From positions 42,098,001 through 42,162,000 of the forward strand of contig CM022670.1 of assembly GCA_012295275.1 (NCBI GenBank): a stretch of DNA of 64,000 bases, given 5' to 3'. The DNA comes from Chrysomallon squamiferum (Eukaryota; Animalia; Mollusca). Positions within the stretch are counted from its first letter, which is position 1. Each line of letters opens with the position of its first letter. The notes under the pieces were generated by a model. The model worked only from the letters and a program-made list of their open reading frames with translations. It was not told the DNA's origin and did not search any database. The position numbers were made by a program, and so were the translations under genes. Positions 46,848 through 64,000 of this stretch are shown here, piece after piece.

Positions 46848-49800
46848 TCAGGGGACAGGATGCAGGATGCGAGCCTCCTCGTCGCTCCAGCCGAGACGAC
46901 AGCAGATCGGAATGTTTCCACGACACCTCGTCTCCCCGTTCCTGTTCACCTGCAGCCTCTCACACAGCTGAAACACGAAACAATCTGTATTAATTCAGAT
47001 ACAGTTTTACTACTACGACTACTACCACCACTACTACACCTGCTATTACAATTACTACTACCAGCACCGCTACTACAACTACAATTGCTACTACTACTGC
47101 TATTACTGCTACTACTATTACTACCTCTATTACTACTACCACTACTGCTGCTGCTGCTGCTGCTGCTGCTACTACTACTACTACTACTACTACTACTAAT
47201 AATAATAATAATAATCTGTATCCATGATATCTATTGTTAGAAAGAAACTGTAAGAAGCACATATATTAAAAAGCACGATTTCCAGGTGCATTAGACCGAT
47301 GTAATAAACTACATCCCATATTTTATGTGTTTTCCCTTATTTCTTGAAAACCATTAATAGACGTAGGAGTTTACAAGTCAGAGTTGACGGGTTTGGTTAA
47401 TAACGTGTGAATCTACAGCGGGCGCGAAGACGTTCGACACATCTTTGTCTCATTCTGGTGATCAGAGTCTAATGACGTCATAATGAATGTTCTGCTACAA
47501 GAAGTTTACCCATCTCCTGCAGACCGGTGGAAAGGGCGTGGTGATTCTTAACTCGATTGCCAACTCATCTGAGCCACGCTGTATGCTGACCAGTCCACGC
47601 TGTATGCTGACCAGTCCACGCTGCATGCTGACCAGTCCACGCTGCATGCTGACCAGTCCACGCTGCATGCTGACCAGTCCACGCTGTATGCTGACCAGTC
47701 CACGCTGCATGCTGACCAGTCCATCCTGACGACCGTCCTTGTTGTTGGAGACATTCAGTCAGCTCCCTGGGGTGATGGGTCTGCCACACCCCAATCTGCT
47801 CAAGCCTTGTCCACATGACGAACATCACGTAAAGACTTCCTTGAAAGGCTCGATGTTGTCTCCAACACCAGATACTGCCTCCATCGAACTGGTGACGTTG
47901 TCTGATGCTGATATCACTACAACTACTTGAATGCTGCCTCCATCGAACTGGTGACGTTGTCTGATGCTGATATCACTACAACTACTTGAATGCTGCCTCC
48001 ATCGAACTGGTGACGTTGTCTGATGCTGATATCACTACAACTACTTGAATGCTGCCTCTATCGAACTGGTGACGTTGTCTGATGCTGATATCACTACAAC
48101 TACTTGAATGCTGCCTCTATCGAACTGGTGACGTTGTCTGATGCTGATATCACTACAACTACTTGAATGCTGCCTCTATCGAACTGGTGACGTTGTCTGA
48201 TGCTGATATCACTACAACTACTTGAATGCTGCCTCCATCGAACTGGTGACGCTGTCTGATATCAGCTCTCTTAGACGTCTACACACACATATCCGACCTG
48301 AAACTAAATCTAGATTCGTCGGTTACACTACTCGAGCCGAGTGAACATACTGTCATCACACAAAACGAGTACACCAGTTAAGTATGGCTCTTTGGTGTGT
48401 GGTAGGAGTGGTAGTCGAAGAATAGGGCGATGGCGATGTATATTATTGGTTCTCAGGTGACTGCGTACAGCTTGATGAGAAACTGGAGTTCACGTGGCAG
48501 TCCGCGGATTGTGACGTATTTTTTGGTCAGTAACATACTGATGACTTATCGTTCCTCTGTTTTTGTTGTGTTTTGTGGTTTTCCTTACTGGAACAATTTC
48601 GAACAGAGTTCATTGGTTGGTGACATTGACAAATTCTATCAATAACGTTTTGACAGACAGCAAAGTCTGAGAGCAACAGTTCTCTGTATTTTCGTCCTAC
48701 AAGCACACAACAGCTCTTCCTCGATCTCCAGTAATCAGTTAACGTCGCATAATCATCGAATTTCTAAGGTGAAAGTAGACTGAAACAAGCTCTATTGAAA
48801 AAGAAATAATGCACGCTGGATTTGAAATACCTTGCACCGCGTGGAAACTAAGGCACACTTGTCAGACGTTAGGCGCGTGCGGATTAGTTAACTATTTTGT
48901 GCTTACAGCTAAACCACGTCCTGCCAGATCAGCCAAGGATTGAGATTAGTTAACTATTTTGTGCTTACAGCTAAACCACGTCCTGCCAGATCAGCCAAGG
49001 ATTGAGATTAGTTAACTATTTTGTGCTTACAGCTAAACCACGTCCTGCCAGATCAGCCAAGGATTGAGATTAGTTAACTATTTTGTACTTACAGCTAAAC
49101 CACGTCCTGCCAGATCAGCCAAGGATTGAGATTAGTTAACTATTTTGTTAACTAAACCACGTTTCAGCCAAGGATTGAGATTAGTTAACTAACTTACCTA
49201 AACCACGTCCTGCCAGATCAGCCAAGGATTGAGATTAGTTAACTATTTTGTGCTTACAGCTAAACCACGTCCTGCCAGATCAGCCAAGGATTGAGATTAG
49301 TTAACTATTTTGTGCTTACAGCTAAACCACGTCCTGCCAGATCAGCCAAGGATTGAGATTAGTTAACTATTTTGTGCTTACAGCTAAACCACGTCCTGCC
49401 AGATCAGCCAAGGATTGAGATTAGTTAACTATTTTGTACTTACAGCTAAACCACGTCCTGCCAGATTCAGCCAAGGATTGAGATTAGTTAACTATTTTGT
49501 GCTTACAGCTAAACCACGTCCTGCCAGATCAGCCAAGGATTGAGATTAGTTAACTATTTTGTACTTACAGCTAAACCACGTCCTGCCAGATCAGCCAAGG
49601 ATTGAGATTAGTTAACTATTTTGTACTTACAGCTAAACCACGTCCTGCCAGATCAGCCAAGGATTGCGCAGGGAGGTTATCAACATTTTCTCTGATAAAG
49701 TCGCCAGGCACCAAGTCTAGAGTTGCTAGAGATTGGCTGGGTATGGTGTTGCTAAGGAACATGTTCAAGTTCAAGTTCAAGTTATTGCCGAATTTGTTAC

Positions 49801-51715
49801 TGAAAAATAAGGAAAGAAACACGTAATTTATCTTATTTATTCCTGATAAATATTTTATTTAACACGGTAAACTTAAGATCACTGAACTTTTTCTCTCTTT
49901 GTCACTTTGTCTGCCTGTCTGTCTGTCTGTCAGTTTCTCTCTCTCTCAGATGCTTATGACCCTCAGTATAAAATGAAAAAATCCTTCCATTCCTTCAGAG
50001 TGATAACTGATTTATTTCATTTAGAGTCCGTCAAGTCAAAAATAAGTACATTAGAAATATTGTCTATTTTTTCGGTATTAGTTTAAACCTATGTGTTAGT
50101 TTAAATATTTGTATTGGTTTAAACGTGTTTGTAAAAGTTTAAATGTATTTGTAATGGTTTAACGTCTATGTAACAGTTTTAATATATGTAATAATTTAAA
50201 CATGCGTGTAATAGTTTAAGTAAGTGCAATCGTTTAAGTCTATATAATGGTTTAAACGTGTTTGCAATAGATAAAATGTGTATTTAATGGTTTAAACGTG
50301 TGTGTTTGTTATTTGAACTGATTGTTAAACATACTCCACAATGACGTTGCCTAAGTCGTTGGAAATACACATATCGGGGTCGTTGTTTTTGGCGTATTCT
50401 GTTAAGACGACTTCGTACTGCTCATTTGTAAAAAAGTGTCCTGTACTCAGAGACAGCTGCAGTTTGATGTTGTTGTTATTCAGCGGCCACTAAAAACACA
50501 ATCAGTAAACATCTCTTTATGTTAACAACACGTTAATTCAAAACTGCTTTTCTTTCATATTATCAGCAGAAGCAGAGAAATTCATCAACAGTAACAATAT
50601 CACCAACAATGACATCATCATAACATCAGAACAAATAATAAAACAGTATTTACAGAGTTATCTTTTCACAACTGATGATGCGATAACTCCTCATTAACAT
50701 ATTTTGTTATTTTGTAATATGTACAGTTAAATTATATTATTGTTGTTATCATCATCGTGATTATCACTATTAAATACGCATACTCTAGCGTTAAACTGGA
50801 CACAGTTCTAGTAACAAAAACTAGTGGATTGACGTCATACATTTATTCATTAAACGCTATTACTTACCGTGCCGACTTCGTTGCTGATTGTCGCAGTCAT
50901 TGCAACCTGACCATCCGTGTTGACCACTTCGCAGACGAGATAATCGTTTTCTGCAAACAAATGAAGGAAACTCAGCGAATATGATCAAACATTTCCGTGT
51001 TACGATGTGCTGAACAGAATTTTGAGAATTTGTTTGAGGCACTTTTGAAGTGTAATAACTGTAATAACCGACATTTACCAGTATCACCAGCATAAGCGAT
51101 TCGTCACCATGAATGTGCCCTTCAAGTGGTTTGAAGAAGCAGACGACATCAAATCTGGCAGATAAAGTCATCAGCAACATGTTTAAAATTTGAATATAAA
51201 CTTCTTTTTAATGATGTCGTTAATGAATGTTTAGAAGCATAATATGTTATTAATACAAGGTTTAGAAATATTAAAATGTTATTAATACAATGTTTAGAAA
51301 TAGTTTTAAATAGTTATTATAACACGTATATTCACGTTATTGAATTTTTAAATAGTTATCAATACATACGTGAATTTCTCAAATTTCTTAACAAATTATT
51401 TCTTTGAAGACCTGGAAGTAAATTTCCCAATCCAGGCAACGGGGGAAACATGCCAAATCCAGGCAGTGAATTGGACCCTGAGCCTATTCCTGGAAAATTC
51501 GAGCCTGTGCCTATTCCTGGAAAATTCGAGCCTGTGCCTATTCCTGCAAGATTCGAGCCTGTGCCCAGGCCCGGAAAGCCTGTGGGCCCATTTGACCCGA
51601 GGCCAAACAGGCTCGCAGCCGGGTTTGTGTTCCCAAAATTCGCCAGATTTTGTCCTGATACGTAAAGAATCGCCAGAAAAACTGACAACACAGACTGAGC
51701 TCTCAGAACCACCAT
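46848..51715 (-). CDS. Secreted SOD-fold-like protein, paralog C (about 290 aa) with Gly/Ser/Asn/Phe/Pro repeat arm
   Basis: Exons 51715-51370, 50950-50868, 50489-50335, 49799-49631 and 46967-46848 total 873 nt with phases 1,0,2,0. Signal peptide MVVLRAQSVLSVFLAILYVSG; about four 9-aa repeats GIGTGSNFP. Motifs YLVC ... YEVVLTEYAKNNDPDMCISNDLGNVI ... DLAGRGLALC ... TRC ... IPICCRLG. Confidence 0.85.
47574..47723. repeat. 21-bp tandem repeat, about 7 copies
   Basis: CCACGCTG(T/C)ATGCTGACCAGT units; source of the spurious RCMLTSP-type ORFs. Confidence 0.92.
47876..48260. repeat. 59-bp tandem repeat, about 6.5 near-identical copies
   Basis: TGCCTC(C/T)ATCGAACTGGTGACGTTGTCTGATGCTGATATCACTACAACTACTTGAATGC. 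Confidence 0.95.
48882..49666. repeat. 62-bp tandem repeat, about 13 copies, spanning the exon-4/intron-4 junction of paralog C
   Basis: On the minus strand each unit is CAATCCTTGGCTGATCTGGCAGGACGTGGTTTAGCT|GTAAG(T/C)ACAAAATAGTTAACTAATCT. Two internal copies (about 49130-49232) are degenerate. Confidence 0.95.
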
Positions 51716-51983
51716 CTTGTCAGTACCGCTGACCACTGAAAACTGACAGATAGATTCCACATATATACACATACATATATATACACATATACACATACAT
51801 ATACACACATAAACATATATACACATTTACATATATATACACATACATATACACATTTACATGCACAAACACATTTATACATAAGGTGCACACACCCACA
51901 TATATTTATATAGAAATGCATACGTAAACACATATATACGTTCATGCACGCGCATATACACCTATATACATACATATACACAC

Positions 51984-52073
<90 letters not shown>

Positions 52074-52637
52074 TTAATACTAGCCTGCCTATTTAACTGT
52101 CTTCTTACATTAATTCTGCCTTTTATATAAACTTGTTTCACGTTCACACACGAATTTCTGATCTTATTTTATTGCCCTTATTACACACGTAATCAGCGTA
52201 TTTCACAGGCTATATTAATACTTACTCAACTGTTACGTATCAAGTACACTTTGTGAACAACCGCTTTACCCAACACTGTTCGTTATATTAACTTTCAGTC
52301 TGTATTTGGTTATTTATTAAAAATAACATTAATAGTAATTTTGTATTTTATAGTTATTTCTTTTGTGTGTTATATTAATAGTTATTTTATATGTTACATT
52401 TCATAGCTATTTCGTATTTTATTTTTACTTGGGTAAGGAAAATGCTAATTTATTTACAAAATTTCTTTTCTTATTTGAAATGATTTTATTTGTTACAAAT
52501 ATTTAAAATCTTTTAAACATGCTGACAGAAAGAGTGTGAATAATTTTATATCATTTTTTTCAAGAAAAACAAAACTACATGTAAAATATTGGTAAAAAAT
52601 TAAAGGCAATAAAAAAAAATAAAAATAAATAACAAAC

Positions 52638-52706
<69 letters not shown>

Positions 52707-52749
52707 AAAAAAAAAAAAAACCTAAAAGAAAAAGAAATAATTCTCGTAC

Positions 52750-52818
52750 CTTGCTGCCTCGTTTCAGCTACCTGAGCACTGACAAAAAGTGAGGTTACGA
52801 GACGTTACGAGTTTTATA
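52750..52818 (-). promoter_or_regulatory. Candidate TATA box and short non-coding first exon of paralog C
   Basis: TATAAAA at 52818-52812, donor AAG|GTACGA at 52750/52749, and acceptor TTTTCAG near 51736 before the ATG. Same layout as paralog B. Confidence 0.45.
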
Positions 52819-53039
52819 GAGGCTGATCAATCATCTCTCTTCACAGGAAATTAAAACATATAATTAACATTTTTCACTCACTGGAATAGAATAATCTAAA
52901 AATGGAAATTACTTGCTTGTGATCTTATAAATAGCTACAGACTGGTACACAAAATCTTTTCCTTCATTTTTCAAAAGAGAAAAAAGCCTCCAGAAAAAAC
53001 CTTCTTCCTGCAAAATGTTGACAATTTAATCCTGGTGTC

Positions 53040-53655
53040 ATACATTTCATATACACTGTGTACAATAACTGTTTATACTGTGTGTAATACATTTCATATA
53101 CACTGTGTAAAATAACTGTTTATACTGTGTGTAATACATTTCATATACACTGTGTAAAATAACTGTTTATACTGTGTGTAATACATTTCATATTCTCTGT
53201 GTAAAATAACTGTTTATACTGTGTGTGTAATACATTTCATATACAATGTGTAAAATAACTGTTTAAACTATGTGTGTGTAATACATTTCATATACACTGT
53301 GAAAAATAACTTTATATACTCTATGTATAATACATTTCACATACAATGTGTAAAATAACTGTTTATACTCTGTGTAATACATTTCATACACACTGTAAAA
53401 TAACTGTTTATACTCTATGTATAATACATTTCATACACACTATGTAAAATAACTGTTTATACTATGTGTGTATAATACATTTCATAGACACTGTGTAAAA
53501 TAACTGTTTATACTCTGTGTAATACATTTCATATACACTGTGTAAAATAACTGTTTATACTCTGTGTAATACATTTCATATACACTGTGTAAAATAACTG
53601 TTTATACTCTGTGTAATACATTTTATATACACTGTGTAAAATAACTGTTTATACA
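53040..53655. repeat. 47-bp minisatellite, about 13 copies
   Basis: TACATTTCATATACACTGTGTAAAATAACTGTTTATACTGTGTGTAA units. Confidence 0.92.
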
Positions 53656-54172
53656 AGGTATCATACACGCATACAATCTCTATAAGTATTTTAATTCTGT
53701 TATATGTGTCTGTGTTCATATCTAATTATACATATAATTATGTTTCTCTGTATATGTGTTTATATGTGTGCACGTCTTGTTTTGGCTGTGTGTGTATGTT
53801 CTTATCTGTGTTTTTATGTGTATGTGTGTCTGTGCATGTATGTGTTTGTATTAATCTGGGTATATGTGTGTATCACTGTATCTGTGAAGTAATATAAGTT
53901 GAGTTCTGTTTTCAGTGTATTCAGAATAGTTACATCCTGATGTGAGAGGCTTAGGTTTTCTATCTAGAAGTGAGAACATCGGGTACAGACTGAGTGAGCT
54001 TTTCGATTTTGTACGAACAGAGTAGAGCAGTGTTTGTCAAAACTATAGGAGCACGTATTGAATTAATATATAAATCTATCTATCTATCTAAATAAATAAA
54101 TTGATAGATAGGTAGATAGATAGATAAATACAAAGCGAGAGAGCGAAAAAGAGAGAAAGTGAGTGTTATTTA

Positions 54173-54218
<46 letters not shown>

Positions 54219-55581
54219 TTGAGGGGTTGAGAAGGTAATGAACAATAAAAGGTTAAGATCCACTGGTCTAGATGAACCATGAATTTTCCTACATTTTACA
54301 AATATAAAAAGCGTGAAAATGTTAATTAGAAAAAAATAAAATAAAAATGTTAAAAATAGCGGCTATTTTCGTAAGACATTTAGTATTAATTAAAAAATAA
54401 TAATAATGATGATAAAATAAACCAAACAATGAGTCAAATAATGTATACTCATGCAAAGATAGTTTTACAGACTTTTCTGTAATATTTAATTGTTACATAA
54501 AAGTACATACATACATATACATATATATATATATATATATGTTTTTCTTTTTTCTTTTAATATATTATTATCATAACTGTTGTTGTCATACCAATATTAT
54601 TATTGTTATTTAGTTGCTGATGCTATTGTTGTTGTTGTTAGTATTGTCCTATTAATTTTATTTCCTGTTACAATCAGAATTCAACCACTGAGAAGGTGTA
54701 TAAATCAAATCGACATCTTGCTAATTGGTTAGAGTTTCCCGTGGAGTTATAATGAAATAACAAATTCCTGTCTTCGTGTCATCTGAAGGACATAAAAACA
54801 TTTCCTAGCTGTCTCTACTGTTTCTCGACTTTTCCCTGTTTTCACCTTCTTTGTTCTTCTTAATTTACTTCCTCTTTTTAATTGTGGAGTTGTGAGTTTT
54901 GAAACACTCACTTGCCTCACGCCTCTGTCCACAACAAAAGTGAACTCGAGTCTTCAGTAAACTGTTACTGGGCAGACTGAGAAGGTTTTATAAGCTGAAA
55001 TAAAAGTGGAGGAAATTGACACGAGCATTGAACGAGGTCAGCTTTTCTCTGTGATCAATAAAACGTGACAAATGACCCGGGGGTAGGGGTCTTTCCTGTC
55101 CACTGTTAATTATTACTTTAATTAGCAAACTCGGAAGTGCTTGTCTTGCTTCAGTGATAATTAAAAATTAATGTGCCACAGTTTAACAATCCAGTTTTTA
55201 CAGTTTGAATAGTTATTTTAGTCAAACGTGTTTTCTGCATGATAATATAAAATATATGTGTTTGCTAAATCATGGTATAAAGTACATACTGATGTGTTTG
55301 ATACCTGATAATATAATATATATATACGTGTGTGTGTGTGTGTGTGTGTGTGTTAGCTAAATGTATACATGTATGTATATATATATAGGTGTGTTTGATG
55401 TCGGTTGTGTGTATGTTTCCATATATATGTGTGTGTGTATGTGTGTATGTTTTTGTTTTGCTGGTTTGAAGTCTATTTTAGAGATTTATTTTGGCTATTA
55501 TCATCATCGTTGTTGTTGTTGTTGTTGTTGCTGTTTTTACTATGGAGCTGAGTGAACTCTCTGGGGACGAAGTGTATCGAT

Positions 55582-56029
55582 ACTTCCAGATATCTCGATT
55601 AATATCTGTAACACGCACACACTCACTGGATTAAGATATCTCGTTTAATATCTGTAACACGCACACACTCACTGCATTAAGATATCTCGTTTAATATCTG
55701 TAACACGCACACTTCCAGATATCTCGTTTAATATCTGTAACACGCACACACTCACTGGATTAAGATATCTCGTTTAATATCTGTAACACGCACACACTCA
55801 CTGCATTAAGATATCTCGTTTAATATCTGTAACACGCACACTTCCAGATATCTCGTTTAATATCTGTAACACGCACACACTCACTGGATTAAGATATCTC
55901 GTTTAATATCTGTAACACGCACACACTCACTGCATTAAGATATCTCGTTTAATATCTGTAACACGCACACACTCACTGCATTAAGATATCTCGTTTAATA
56001 TCTGTAACACGCACACACTCACTGCATTA
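55582..56029. repeat. 46/46/37-bp minisatellite with higher-order (about 129 bp) structure
   Basis: Core GATATCTCGTTTAATATCTGTAACACGCACAC with three alternative endings, in the order A-B-C-A-B-C-A-B-B-B. Confidence 0.9.
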
Positions 56030-56493
56030 CATACACACATACACATAATTAATTGTGCTGGTGATGGTGCTCATGGTACTGATGTGCGGGGATAATGATG
56101 TTGATGTTGTAGTAATGGTGGTGGTGGTGCTAGTTGTAACTGTGGGATAGTGATGGTAATGATGACTAAGTTGTTGTGATGATGGTGATGATGATGACTA
56201 AGTTGTTGTGATGATGGTGATGATAATAAAATTGCTAAAATTAGAATTAAAGTAAAAATCTACTAACAGAAGTTTTATTGTTTTACTTTTCTTGTTCAAA
56301 TTATGGTGCAAGGGAAATAACTAATTAACTTTTATCTGGGTGAGAGTCCACTGCCTACGTGTTACGAGTATCTGAGTTTGATGTTTGTTTAAGTTCATCA
56401 CACTTTCTTTTATTTCTTATTGTAACTATTATAGGGAAAAAAGAGGCAAAATGTCCAACACACGCTCATATAGATATATAAATACATACATAC

Positions 56494-56578
<85 letters not shown>

Positions 56579-57201
56579 CACATACACATACATATACATA
56601 TACATATATATATACATACACATACATATACATACATATACATATACAGATACATACATATATATATACATATGCATACATACATATACATATACATACA
56701 TACATAAATACTCACACAAACACATACATACATATACAAACATATATGCATACATTCATACATACATACAAACATACATTCATTAATCTTCTTTGTATTT
56801 TTTCTAAATGTTTTAAGTGAATATAAACACAACGCTCAGCAGCAGACTTCACCAAGCCGTGCTGAGTGTTTGCTCACAACAAGCCAAGCACTCTCGTCAT
56901 CTTCTGTTTGTGCAAACAAATCCTAATTTAATCTGACGGAGATGAACGAAGTGAGCCGAACTCTTTCGTTTGTTTATCAGCGTGATGGAGGACGAGACGT
57001 AGAAAGAGGGAGATAACTCGAGGTAAATATTGAAATAGCTAATCCCTGGCAGTCTCAATAAAATTCCTTGTTCTGTGAGAAAATGGCGGATTTCCGTGGT
57101 TGATCTAAGTAGGGTTAGGACAAACAGACAGATGTGTAGTGTATCTGAGCGTGCGCTGTGACAGTCTGGCGAAGTGAGACGAGACACACTCGCAGAGAAA
57201 G

Positions 57202-63236
<6,035 letters not shown>

Positions 63237-63649
63237 GTTTCAGAGTTTTAAAAGATTTATTATTCTGTTTTATTTATTCATTTATTTAATTCTGATGATG
63301 ATGATGATGATGAAGATGATAATGATGAAGATAATGATGATAATGAAGATGATAATGATAATAATAACAACAACAACGACAACTAAAACAATTATCTTCA
63401 TAATGTTATTGTTTCAAATAACTGGTATATCGAACTGGTAAATCTCACTTGTTAAATAAATCTGCTAAAGCTGTACGAAAAAGCGTACCCTGCTTGTGGC
63501 TTTTTTCTGGATCTTTCGAAGGAAGCCTGCTTCTTTTCCTGAAAAAAAATGAATATATAACGTTTCTTTTTGAAAACATTAATGCAAGAAATAGCGAAAT
63601 TTTAATCTGCAGAGGTTTATTTAAAAAGTTTCTAAATAAAAATGATGTA

Positions 63650-64000
63650 AGTATTTAAATAAAAACTGTTACAGAAATATGAGTATTTAAATAAAAACTG
63701 TGTTACAGAAATATGAGCATTTAAATAAAGCTGTGTTACAGAAATATGAGTATTTAAATAAAAACTGTGTTACAGAAATATGAGCATTTAAAAAGCTGTG
63801 TTACAGAAATATGAGCATTTAAATAACTGTGTTACAGAAATATGAGTATTTAAATAACTGTGTTACAGAAATATGAGTATTTAAATAAAAACCATGACAC
63901 AGGAATGTAAGTATTTAAATAAAAACTTTGTGTTACAGGAATATAAGTATCTAAATAAAAAACTGTCTTACAGGAATGTAAGTATTTAATAAAACTGTGT
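63650..64000. repeat. About 30-34-bp minisatellite
   Basis: AAATAAAAACTGTGTTACAGAAATATGAGTATTT units running to the window end. Confidence 0.85.

Larger units (their letters stand above)
47398..48881 (-). mobile_element. Decayed Tc1-like transposase inside the last intron of paralog C
   Basis: Minus-strand remnants TDESRFSF (first catalytic D motif), HQFDGGSI (the GGGSVMVW region) and the C-terminal LITRMRQRCVERLRARCRFTRY* (cf. Tc1-type SMxxRCxAVIxAxGxxTxY). Many stops; interrupted by tandem repeats. Confidence 0.7.

Noticed and set aside
47487-49666. Regular arrays resembling CRISPR, and repeat-protein ORFs (RCMLTSP, WTGQHAA)
   Set aside because: Head-to-tail tandem repeats without unique spacers, in a eukaryotic intron, with no cas genes; the ORFs are by-products of a 21-bp unit.
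19104-51715. Calling paralogs A-C functional superoxide dismutases (SOD3)
   Set aside because: None of the HxH, bridging His, Zn-loop His/Asp or catalytic Arg positions is recognisable, so no SOD gene symbol was assigned.
56385-56832. ORFs rich in YT/YI/CV/MY dipeptides here and at many other sites (e.g. 2481, 14068, 35643, 51703, 58086)
   Set aside because: Translations of (CA)n, (TA)n and (TACA)n microsatellites.

Overview
AT-rich, microsatellite-dense eukaryotic DNA with GT-AG introns, from an invertebrate animal (probably a lophotrochozoan such as a mollusc; this is inference). Genes assembled by hand from splice sites: the 5' part of an IQ-motif/ankyrin gene (IQANK1-like, minus strand) head-to-head with SREK1IP1 (plus); a 955-aa C2H2 zinc-finger gene with one coding exon and two homologous 10-finger arrays; SMIM15; a deleted, inverted remnant of the zinc-finger gene; and the 5' part of a secreted multi-CUB gene. 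The most notable content is three paralogous secreted-protein genes (19.1-23.8 kb +, 38.0-40.4 kb -, 46.8-51.7 kb -), mostly invisible in the ORF track. They share five coding exons with intron phases 1-0-2-0. Each has a different Gly-rich low-complexity N-terminal arm followed by a six-cysteine domain. By eye, that domain aligns with the extracellular Cu/Zn superoxide dismutase (SOD3) fold but lacks the metal-ligand histidines and the catalytic Arg. The window also holds decayed Tc1/mariner and RTE-LINE fragments and many minisatellites, including a 62-bp array that multiplies a splice donor of the third paralog. All homology calls rest on motif recognition, not database searches.
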